64,000 nucleotides of DNA from an uncultured Planctomycetaceae bacterium (lineage in GTDB: Bacteria; Planctomycetota; Planctomycetia; Pirellulales; PALSA-1355): positions 96,001-160,000 of the forward strand of contig CAWAUV010000005.1 in the NCBI GenBank assembly GCA_963785305.1. The letters run 5' to 3'. The first letter of the stretch is position 1; every line of letters begins with the position of its first letter. The position numbers and the translations under genes were made by a program. The notes beneath the pieces are model-generated. The model was not told where the DNA came from, made no database searches, and was given only the letters and a program-made list of their open reading frames with translations. Below, in pieces: positions 46,530 to 55,100 of the stretch.

Positions 46530-46795
46530 CGGCGAAAGGAGGTGTGCGATGAGGAGGGATCGCAGCCCGGCGTGAGAAGTCGCCGTAGCGTCGGGCGATG
46601 GAGGGCTTCGCGGGCTCGCGTTCTTTGCGGGAGCTGGCCCGCGAAGCCAAGGCGACTTGTAGCTGACGTTCAACCCCATTCCAAGCGGAGCGATTCGGTA
46701 GCAGCCGAATCGCCCGTTGCATCAGAAAGGAGGCATGCCGTGCGGTGGTTCCCACGCGAGACAATATGACCAACTAGGCCACGGATGGCCGTCGC
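46530..46795 (+). ncRNA. Candidate structured RNA containing two SD-led minigenes
   Basis: Stems 46577-84/46651-58, 46604-15/46637-48 (12 bp) and 46690-98/46705-13; GAAAGGAGG-N6-start occurs twice. Confidence 0.45.
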
Positions 46796-46860
46796 GGGGC
46801 ATCCAGGCGGAATCGTCGCATTATACACGACGAGACCGGGTTCGATTCCCGGATGCTCCA
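46796..46860 (+). ncRNA. D-armless tRNA-like element (Ala-type acceptor G3:U70, A73; no encoded CCA)
   Basis: Acceptor GGGGCAT/ATGCTCC plus A; T-arm CCGGG-TTCGATT-CCCGG; anticodon-like stem TCGTCG/CGACGA with loop CATTATACA; 10-nt D-replacement loop CCAGGCGGAA. Confidence 0.7.
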
Positions 46861-46861
46861 A

Positions 46862-47035
46862 TTATTTTTTCCGCCGCGCTGCGGCTCGCAACAGAATATC
46901 TCTCGCCCACGTGACCGGCTTGGCGCCATCGGCCAATGCCGCCGCCTCAATAGCTTCTTTCTCCGCGTCCGCCAATGGAATCTTCATGTTGGCGGTCTTA
47001 CGGTCTTCGGCGGGTTTTGGTGGACGCCCTCTCAT
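46862..47035 (-). CDS. Small CopG/ribbon-helix-helix-like DNA-binding protein
   Basis: MRGRPPKPAEDRKTANMKIPLADAEKEAIEAAALADGAKPVTWARDILLRAA; divergent from the transposase. Confidence 0.7.
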   Translation of the reverse strand: MRGRPPKPAEDRKTANMKIPLADAEKEAIEAAALADGAKPVTWARDILLRAAARRKK

Positions 47036-47042
47036 TTCATTA

Positions 47043-47114
47043 AAAATACCCATAGAAAATTCGCTGTCAAGGCGAACAATCCACTTGACGAAACGTATTT
47101 AATATGGGTATAAA
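47043..47114. promoter_or_regulatory. Back-to-back promoters with mirrored TATGGGTAT operator-like boxes
   Basis: Plus strand TTGACG (47085-90), 18 bp, TATAAA (47109-14); minus strand TTGACA (47070-65), 16 bp, TATTTT (47048-43); inverted repeat ATACCCATA (47046-54)/TATGGGTAT (47103-11). Confidence 0.65.
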
Positions 47115-47261
47115 TAATCTCAGTTGAGACGGCAATCTCAACGAAAAAACCCCGACTCGGCCCGGCAAGGCTGAATCGGGGCGTGAACAAAACCAGGCTT
47201 TCGCCCAATCCGTCCAGACAACTGGATTGTAGCGAGAGCCGCAAAAGAATGCGACTCCGCG

Positions 47262-48290
47262 ATGATGATTGCTTGCGCCCATGCGACCACGAAAAAACAC
47301 GGTCGCGACCGTCACGGCAACCAGCGTTTCCGCTGCCTCAGTTGCGGCAAGACTTGGGTTGAAGTCCAGCCGGTCAAACCGCTCGGCGCCATGTACGTCC
47401 CGGTTCCCGACGCCAAACTGGCGTTGCGGCTGCTGGCGGAAGGAATGTCGATCCGCGCAACCGAGCGCACGACCGGCATTCACCGCGACACGGTTTGTAA
47501 GCTGCTGGTCATGTTCGGCGAAGCCTGCCAGCGCTTCCTTGACCAGCGGATGCGTGGCCTTACGCTGACTCATCTTCAATTCGATGAGCAATGGACCTAC
47601 GTCGCCAAGAAGCAAAGCCGGCTGACGATGAACGAGCGTGAAGAGTCGAGCGAAATCGGCGATATGTACCTTTGGACCTGCATCGACCAAAAAACCAAGT
47701 TGCTGCCCGGCTTTCTGATCGGCAAGCGGAGCGCCGACAACGCGCGCCGCTTTATGAAAGATATCGCCGGCCGACTTGTGTTCCCCAGGCCGCACGCCAG
47801 CGATGCCCACAGCTACCTGAGCGGCGGCTACAAGCCGATCACCCAAATCTCGACTGACGGCTTTGCGGCCTACCCGGAAGCGGTCGATCTCGCGTTCGGT
47901 CCCTACGTCAAGTTCGGTGTCATCATAAAAGAATACCGCAACGCCAGCATGATCTACACGCCGTCGGAAATGGTCGGAACGCAGCGGACAGGGCGCCGCA
48001 ACATAGAGGGCCGCGAGCAGCGGACGATATGCACCAGCCACGTCGAACGCCTGAACGGAACCCAGCGGCTTTTTATGCGGCGGCTGAACCGGCTGACCTA
48101 CTGCTTCTCAAAGAAACTGGAAAACCTGCAAGCGGCTTTCGCGATGTTCGCGGCCTATTACAATTACTGCTGGCAAACCCGGATGCCCGGCAAGAGCGGC
48201 AAAAAGCGGCCCAGCGCGGCGATGATGGCGGGGCTGGCCGGCCACGTCTGGAGTTTTGACGAGTTGTTCGACGCGGTACTGTCGCAGTAG
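47262..48290 (+). CDS. IS1-family DDE transposase, single ORF
   Basis: InsA-like zinc ribbon KHGRDRHGNQRFRCLSCGKTW, HTH GMSIRATERTTGIHRDTV, catalytic QFDEQW, ISTDG and HVERLN, RLNRLTYCFSKK. Confidence 0.92.
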   Translation: MMIACAHATTKKHGRDRHGNQRFRCLSCGKTWVEVQPVKPLGAMYVPVPDAKLALRLLAEGMSIRATERTTGIHRDTVCKLLVMFGEACQRFLDQRMRGLTLTHLQFDEQWTYVAKKQSRLTMNEREESSEIGDMYLWTCIDQKTKLLPGFLIGKRSADNARRFMKDIAGRLVFPRPHASDAHSYLSGGYKPITQISTDGFAAYPEAVDLAFGPYVKFGVIIKEYRNASMIYTPSEMVGTQRTGRRNIEGREQRTICTSHVERLNGTQRLFMRRLNRLTYCFSKKLENLQAAFAMFAAYYNYCWQTRMPGKSGKKRPSAAMMAGLAGHVWSFDELFDAVLSQ

Positions 48291-48316
48291 GAACGCGGCA
48301 AGAAAACGCTAAAATG

Positions 48317-48352
48317 AAAAAGCCACCAGTTGACGCTGGTGGCTTTCCCTTT
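48317..48352. terminator. Bidirectional hairpin terminator after the transposase
   Basis: AAAGCCACCAG-TTGACG-CTGGTGGCTTT (48319-48346) with A- and T-rich flanks. Confidence 0.7.
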
Positions 48353-48428
48353 GAGCCAGTAAGGCCCATGCACGGTGACAAGTGCATGGTACGCCTGCCG
48401 GCTTGTTTTTTCAAGCCGGTCGCGCGCG

Positions 48429-49046
48429 ATGGTCAAATGCCAAAACTGTGGATTGCTTGGGCAGCGACACAAGCAAACTCGCGAGGCGGTCGAGGTCGAC
48501 GAACTGACGCGGGAGCGTGGCATGCCCGAGGGTTCTGGGCGCCAGATTCCTGAGCTTCTCTGCTACGGCAATCAATCGCTTCCGGCTGATCCTGGGAACT
48601 TTATCAACGGGATGCGGTGCTCCGAAGATGCCGCGATTGTCTATCGAATAACTCGCGAAATCAACTGCCCAAAATGGACGCAGTACCTACTTGGGAGGTC
48701 GCCGCAGAGGCACGAAGAAATGGGATACGTAGAGCAAATGCAGATCAAGCAAAACGCATTTGAGCAGCGTCAATTACTTGATCGCAAAACTGAAAAGGAA
48801 GAGAACCGGCGCGTTTGCGCAGCGGAGAGGGCAGAAGACAGAGCTACGTCGAACCGTTCGTTCTATTTGGCCATGATCGCTCTTTTTGTATCGTTCATCT
48901 TTTCTTTCCTTGGCCTTGTTGCAACCATTGCGATCAACCGGGATAAGCTTGCGCCGGTCGATTCAACGAAACAAGCAACGCCCGCAATCGCTAATCCCGC
49001 AGCGGAAATGGATGCCCAGCCGGTCGCTCTGCCGCCGAAGCCGTAA
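48429..49046 (+). CDS. Passenger hypothetical membrane protein (N-terminal CxxC, coiled coil, one TM)
   Basis: MVKCQNCG..., further Cys residues, charged helix, TM FYLAMIALFVSFIFSFLGLVATIAI. Confidence 0.7.
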   Translation: MVKCQNCGLLGQRHKQTREAVEVDELTRERGMPEGSGRQIPELLCYGNQSLPADPGNFINGMRCSEDAAIVYRITREINCPKWTQYLLGRSPQRHEEMGYVEQMQIKQNAFEQRQLLDRKTEKEENRRVCAAERAEDRATSNRSFYLAMIALFVSFIFSFLGLVATIAINRDKLAPVDSTKQATPAIANPAAEMDAQPVALPPKP

Positions 49047-49084
49047 TTCCAATTTGCTCCGATAATGCTGGAGAATAAATACCC

Positions 49085-49387
49085 ATGCCAAACCGTCGCT
49101 GCGAAGTACCCGGCTGCCGTGCTTACTTGAAGGACGATTATCCGTTTTCAAAGTGCCACTGGCATTTTGTTCCGGGAAGCGGGATCGTGAAGGCAATTTC
49201 CGCGATCGGGTTGTATGTCCTCGGCGCGGGCGGCGCAATCGCCTACCAGAAGATCCGCGACCGGTTCAAGCGAAGCCAAGTCGAAGCAGAGCAAAATGAA
49301 TGGCGCGAGATGGGGGAGCGGATGCGTCAGGCCGACGCTACCCGAGAGGCGGACGATCCAGGCGAATCAAAATCGGCGACTGGATAA
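49085..49387 (+). CDS. Passenger small membrane protein with Cys/His zinc-finger-like N-terminus
   Basis: MPNRRCEVPGC...KCHWH, TM AISAIGLYVLGAGGAIAY, charged tail; GGAGA SD upstream. Confidence 0.65.
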   Translation: MPNRRCEVPGCRAYLKDDYPFSKCHWHFVPGSGIVKAISAIGLYVLGAGGAIAYQKIRDRFKRSQVEAEQNEWREMGERMRQADATREADDPGESKSATG

Positions 49388-49401
49388 CCGGCAGTCCACC
49401 T

Positions 49402-49426
49402 AGCAACACAGATTTAGGACACTACC
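49402..49426 (-). repeat. Right terminal inverted repeat
   Basis: AGCAACACAGATTTAGGACACTACC followed by the duplication CGCGAGCG. Confidence 0.95.
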
Positions 49427-49476
49427 CGCGAGCGCAGGCCCGCCGCCCCACCGCTCGCGACCGGACCGCATCGCGC

Positions 49477-50460
49477 CTAGTTTGCCGGCTTGGACGCTGG
49501 CTTCAAGTGTTGGTCGAACCAGTCGAGGGCGAGGGTCCATTCCTTGTGCATTTCGGGCCAACCATGTTGAGCGCCCGGATGCACCACGAGTTTGGCCTCC
49601 ACGCCATTTTTTTGCAGTTTATCGACGACCAACTCCGACTGTTGCATCGGCACGAGCAGGTCCTTGTCGCCGTGAAAGATGAGCGTCGGCGCGTCATCGG
49701 ACGAGACATGCGTGATCGGCGAGATCTGCCGGCCGAGTTCCAGGATGCGGTTTTCATCGGTGATCTTCACGAACTTCTTCGATTTCGGATCGAATTCGTG
49801 GAAGTCGAATGGCGCTTGGTAGTCGATCAGCGTGCCGCGACCGATCGCAATCTCGCCTTCCTTGCCATAGTTCAAAAAATCGGTTGGCGGATAGAAGCAG
49901 GCCACGGCCCGCACGCGGCTCGGCGCCCGATCGACAGGGTCCTTGGCCTCCGGATTTCCATTATCGCCGGCGACGCCCATCATGAGCGACAGATGGCCGC
50001 CGGCCGATGTGCCGCATACGCCCAAGCGATCCGGATCGACTCCATAGTCGTGGGCATGATAGCGAACGAACCGCACCGCTCGGCGCAAGTCGTCGACGCA
50101 CTCGGGTATCGTGAACTTGGGCTGGCTGCCATGCACCACCGCGAACACGGTGTAGCCGCGGTCGGTGAACTGCTTGAACACGAACTTGAGACCGCCCAGG
50201 TCATGCGACGAATGCCATCCGCCGCTCACGATGTAGATAATGCCGAGGCCATTGGCATGTTCCCTCGGCGTGACGACGTCGAGCGTGAGCGCCATGCCGA
50301 ACTTGCGCCGATAGATCACATCTACTTTCTGGGTGTAGGTCGGTTCATCGGCGCGAAGCGTCCGCGGAGCGGCGGTGAAAAAGAGGGACGCGGCGAAAAA
50401 CATGCCCAGGCGCAACATGGGCAGCGCCACCGGCGTCGTGCGCGGCAAGGAAAGATACAT
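49477..50460 (-). CDS. Exported alpha/beta hydrolase
   Basis: IVSGGW, GTSAGGHL, FHGDKDLLVP, HGW. Confidence 0.9.
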   Translation of the reverse strand: MYLSLPRTTPVALPMLRLGMFFAASLFFTAAPRTLRADEPTYTQKVDVIYRRKFGMALTLDVVTPREHANGLGIIYIVSGGWHSSHDLGGLKFVFKQFTDRGYTVFAVVHGSQPKFTIPECVDDLRRAVRFVRYHAHDYGVDPDRLGVCGTSAGGHLSLMMGVAGDNGNPEAKDPVDRAPSRVRAVACFYPPTDFLNYGKEGEIAIGRGTLIDYQAPFDFHEFDPKSKKFVKITDENRILELGRQISPITHVSSDDAPTLIFHGDKDLLVPMQQSELVVDKLQKNGVEAKLVVHPGAQHGWPEMHKEWTLALDWFDQHLKPASKPAN

Positions 50461-50710
50461 GGCTCTCGAACTCCAGAAATGAAGGGTCGCCGCGAGGGCG
50501 CTTGAAGCGAGCGGGCGGACACGAAATATCCGACTACGAGAATATGCCGCCGCCCTTCGGTCCGCAAGCATCGCGGCCCGATGAAACCCTCGGGTGAAGG
50601 GCGCCGCGACGCCGATCGGATCGGATTACTTTGCCGTAGCGCCGTTGCACGTCGGCCCGGGAAACCCCTACACTAGGCATTCGACCGCTGAAACCGCGCG
50701 AGGAGAATCC

Positions 50711-52108
50711 ATGGAAAAGGCACACTTCGACGTCGTCGTCATTGGCTCGGGCCCCGGGGGCGAAGGCGCCGCCATGCAAGCGGCCAAGGAGCGTAAGACG
50801 GTCGGCATCGTCGAACGCTTCGGCAAGCCCGGCGGCGGCTGCACCCACTGGGGCACGATTCCCAGCAAGGCGCTCCGCTACGCGATCCACCAGATGACCG
50901 AAATGAACTCGAACCCGCTCTTGCGCGAGGCGGGCATCAGCCTCAATTTCCAGTTTCCCGACATGCCGCCGCTCGGCCCGCCGCGTGATCGAGCAGCAAG
51001 TCGACATGCGCCGCAATTTTTACGATCGCAATCGAGTGCCGATTTTTCGCGGCCAGGCGTGCTTTCTCGACGAGCACACGGTCGATGTGATGCAAGACGA
51101 CGTGGTCGTGAAACGCATCTCGGCCGATCATTTCGTGATCGCCACCGGCTCGCGGCCTTATCGTCCGGCGGATATCGATTTCCGCCACCCGTGCATCTTC
51201 GATAGCGACACGATCCTCGACCTTTCGTTCACTCCCCAGTCGATCACGATCTACGGCGCCGGCGTGATCGGCTGCGAATACACGTCGATGTTTCGCAACC
51301 TGGGCTGCAAGGTGAACCTCGTGAATACGCGCGACAAGCTGCTCGAATTTCTCGACGACGAAATCATCGACGCCCTGGCGTACCATATGCGCGAGCGCGG
51401 CGTGCTCATTCGCCACGGCGAAAGCTGCGAGCGAGTCGAGGGCGCGACGATGGCGTGGTGCTGCACCTAAACTCCGGCAAGCAGTTCAAGACCGACGCGA
51501 TCCTCTTCGCCAACGGCCGCACCGGCAATTCCGATGGCCTCGGCCTCGAAAAAATCGGCATCGAGCCCAACCGCCGCGGGCATATCGAGGTCAATGACTA
51601 TTATCAGACTCGCTTGCCGCATATCTACGCGGTGGGCGATGTGATCGGAATGCCATCGCTCGCCAGCGCCGCCTATAGCCAGGGTCGCATGGCCGCCCGG
51701 CACTTGTTCAATTCCGAAATGGAAGCGATGCCGGTGCGCGATGTGCCCACCGGCATTTACACCAGTCCCGAAATCAGCTCGATCGGCCACACCGAACGCG
51801 AGCTCACCGAGAAGAAGATTCCCTACGAAGTCGGCCACTCGCTCTTCAAGAGCCTGGCCCGGGCCCAAATCCTCGGCCGAACCGCGGGCATGCTCAAGAT
51901 ATTATTCCATCGCGAGACGCTCGAGATCTTGGGCATTCACTGCTTCGGCTCGGGCGCGTCGGAGATCATTCACATCGGTCAGGCGATCATGTCGCAGCCG
52001 GGCCGGGCGAATTCGTTGATGTATTTCATCAACACCACGTTTAACTACCCGACGATGGCGGAAGCCTACCGAGTGGCGGCGCTCAACGGCTACAACCGAC
52101 TGTTTTGA
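50711..52108 (+). CDS. sthA: Soluble pyridine nucleotide transhydrogenase; two frameshifts (about 50966 and 51445)
   Basis: [39 protein letters not shown]-terminal [23 protein letters not shown]. Confidence 0.95.
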
Positions 52109-52136
52109 GAAGCCGTTAATTCGAGAAGCGGCTGTT

Positions 52137-55100
52137 TTAAGAGCAGGCGGCGCCCGCTCGGCGGCGCAGCGCCCACCATGCGACGAGCCCCGTGAGCCCG
52201 AGTCCGGCCAAGGCGAAAGCGCCGGGTTCGGGCACCGCGGTCACGGTGAGCACCACGTTGTAGCCGCTCGCTCCCTGATTGTATTGCAGCGAGTAGCCGA
52301 TGCCGTTGCTTGTGCCGGTGAGGCCGCCGGCGAAGGCGCCGGTGAGGTTCGAGGGATCGATGATCGTGAACTTATCGCCCACCAGCACCGTGCCATCTTG
52401 CGTGAGCGAGAGACTGGCGAAGTTCGTGCCCAGGACCACCGTGCCGGTCGGCACATTCAGATAATCGGCGGTGCTGGTCACGGCCTGCGAAGTGGCGTGG
52501 CTCAAATCAAGGGCCAGGGTCGAGCCGCTGCTGAACGTGATCGCATTGTTCGTGGCGCTGGTGGCGGTGAGCGTGAGCGCTTGGGCCAGCGAGGCGCCGG
52601 CGCCCTCGGCCCCGAAGCCGGGCGACAATGTTCCGGCGATCACGACGTTTTTGCCGCTGGCCAGATAAATCGAGCCATCGCCGCCCAGCCCGGCGCCGGC
52701 GGCGACGGTGAAATTGTTTGCCGTGAACGAGGAGGCCGAGCCGAGGGAGCCATCGACATACAGCGTGCCGGCGGTCACGCTCGTGGCGCCGGTGTAGGTA
52801 TTGGCGCCGGTGAGCGTCGCGGCGCCGGAACTAATTTGACTCACCGCGCCGGCGCCGGAAATAACATTGGAGACAAGCAGGGCATTATCGCCACGATTGA
52901 AGGCGAGCGTGCCACTGTCCGCGACCGTTCCGCCGACGCTAATGGTTCCGGTCGCGCCGTTGTTTCCAATCTGAAGCGTCGATCCTCCGTTGATTGTCAC
53001 TGGGCCGGTGAAAGTGTTCGTGCCGGCGAATGTCGTTACGCCGGCGCCCTCGACCGTGATCGAATTGCCGCTGCTGATAAGATTCGCGTCGATCAACAAC
53101 TGCGAATTCGCGGAGCCGGCGGCGACATTGAGCACGGTGGACGACTGCACCCAAACGTTCGTGGCGGAGATCGTGGCCGTGGTGGCGCCCGGATTCGTTA
53201 CGGTAATCGTCTCGGCTCCGTTGCCAAAGAACGAGTAATTGCCATTGGCGTCGCCCGTGTTGCCGGCGACGTTGGTCAGGACGCCACCTCCGTTGAAGGT
53301 GATGCTAGGCATCGTCACGCGATAGGCGCCGGCCAAGTCGGTGATCGTGCCTCCATTGACGGTGATCAACGACGGCGCGTTGGTCGCGCCGTAGCCGAAC
53401 GAATCCGCGGCGCCGCCAACAAGCGTGCCGGCCGCATTTACCGTCACGGGCCCGATGCCGAGGGAAGTCGTGCCGCCGCCCGTGTGGCTGATGAGCGACC
53501 CGGCATTGATCGTGAGCCCGCCGGTGAAAGTGTTGGCGGTATTGAGGGTGGTCGAGCCGGCGCCGTTTTGCACGACCGCGCCGGCGCCGGAGATCACGCC
53601 GCTATAGGAATAGGCGGTGTCGGTGCGGTTGAAGACGAGGCTCGCGCCGCTGGCCAGCACGACGTTGCTCGTGCCCAGAGCGCCGGTCGCGCCGCCGATA
53701 GCGCCCACTTGCAGCGAGCCAATGTTGACATCGTAGGCGCCGCTGGTGGTGTTGAGCCCGGTAAGAATCAAGGAGCTGGCGTTGATGTTCGTGATGCCGG
53801 TGTATGTGTTCGCGCCGGCGAGCGTGACGGCGCCGGGGCCATCTTTATTGAATCCGATCACGGCGCTGCCGTTGTTGACGATCGGCGTGGCGATCGTCAG
53901 GCCGGCGGCCGTGTTGTTTTGAATCACGGTCAGGTCCGTGCCATTGCCGCTGGTGAGACTTGTGCCGCCGGAAAACGCGGCGGCGTTGGCGCCGACATTC
54001 GCGGTTTCTAGAATGCCGCCCGAGCCGACGACAAAAGCGCCATTGAGCGTCGCCGTGACCGCGGCGGGGTTGTTGAAGCGGAAGGAATCGACGCTGTTGG
54101 TGGCGGTGAAGGTTCCGCCCGTGGTGGCGTCGAAATCGGAGTTGGTGGTCGAGGTGCTATAGTCGGCGACATACGATCCCGAGGCGAGGGCGCCGATCGT
54201 GAAGGGCCCGATTCCCGCGCCGCTCGTGGCCCAGGTGGTTCCGCCCACGGTGGCATAGTCGCCCAAGATATTATTCGCGCCCCCGCCGACATTGGTGGTC
54301 GTGACGCCGCCGGAGGTGGGCAATGTGAAATCGACGGATGCGCCACATTGCGCGTGATAGCGCCCAAGTCGAGCGTCACGCTCGTTGCGCCGTTTTGATT
54401 CACCACGATCGACGACGCCCCGCTGCCGAGTTTCGTGCCGATCGCGCTGAAATCTTGCAAGTTCGTCTGTCCGCTCGCGCCCGTGACGACCAGCGATCCG
54501 CCGCCGAGCGTCAACCCCGAGGTGGCGGTGAGCATCGAAGCATTGCTGCCCGGCGCCGAGGTTTGGCTATAGTCGAGCGTGAGCGAGCCGGAGTTGATCG
54601 TCGTGGGGCCGGAATAACTGCTGGCGGCGCCGATCGAAAGGCCGCTTGTTCCCGAGATGGTGAGGCCCGCGGCGCCGGTGATTGGGCCATCGACAACCAG
54701 CGGCCCGGTTCCGCCCGTGGCGACCGAGATCGTCGAGCCCGCTGTCGGGCTCAAGGTCACGCCGCCGGTTCCCATGGTGAGCGAGTTCGAGCCCTTCCAG
54801 GTGAAGTTAGCGGTCCACGTTTCCGTCGCGGAGCTCGAAAGCGACACGGCCGAGCCGTTTGTATTGTCGAGCGCGGCCTCCGGAGATCGTGAGCGAGGGA
54901 GCGCTGCCCAGGGCCCCGGCCGTGTTGAGCGCGAGGGTTCCACCCGAGAGCGTGACGGCGCCGGAGCCGAGCGTGCCGGCGCCGGAGAGAATGAGCGTGC
55001 CCCCGGCGATGGTCGTGGTTCCGCCGTAGCTGTTGGCGCCGGTCAGCGTGAGCGCGGCGGTGCTCGCGGCCGAAAGTGTGAGCGAGCCCGAGTCGGTGAT

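Larger units (their letters stand above)
44701..49426. mobile_element. IS1-family insertion element with passenger genes (4,726 bp)
   Basis: Perfect 25-bp TIRs GGTAGTGTCCTAAATCTGTGTTGCT (44701-44725; reverse complement at 49402-49426); 8-bp direct repeat CGCGAGCG on both flanks (44693-44700, 49427-49434); internal IS1-type transposase; visibly more AT-rich than the flanks. Confidence 0.93.

Noticed and set aside
46542..46769. 75-aa ORF spanning the structured region
   Set aside because: Its GTG start overlaps the first SD itself and the product is unremarkable; SD spacing fits the two minigenes better, though this ORF is not formally excluded.
46796..46860. Canonical tRNA-Ala/Ile or tmRNA (ssrA) gene
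   Set aside because: No D-stem, 9-nt loop and 65-nt length exclude a standard tRNA. There is no tag ORF or pseudoknot region between the acceptor halves, and the order does not match a permuted tmRNA.
44701..49426. Prophage or integrase-based island inserted at a tRNA
   Set aside because: No integrase or phage structural genes; the ends are TIRs with a target duplication, and the tRNA-like element is internal, not at a boundary.
52284..54011. Long antisense ORFs (e.g. 52284-54011, 57458-58945, 30734-32080, 33697-35046)
   Set aside because: Shadow frames opposite well-supported genes in high-GC DNA, with no recognisable motifs.
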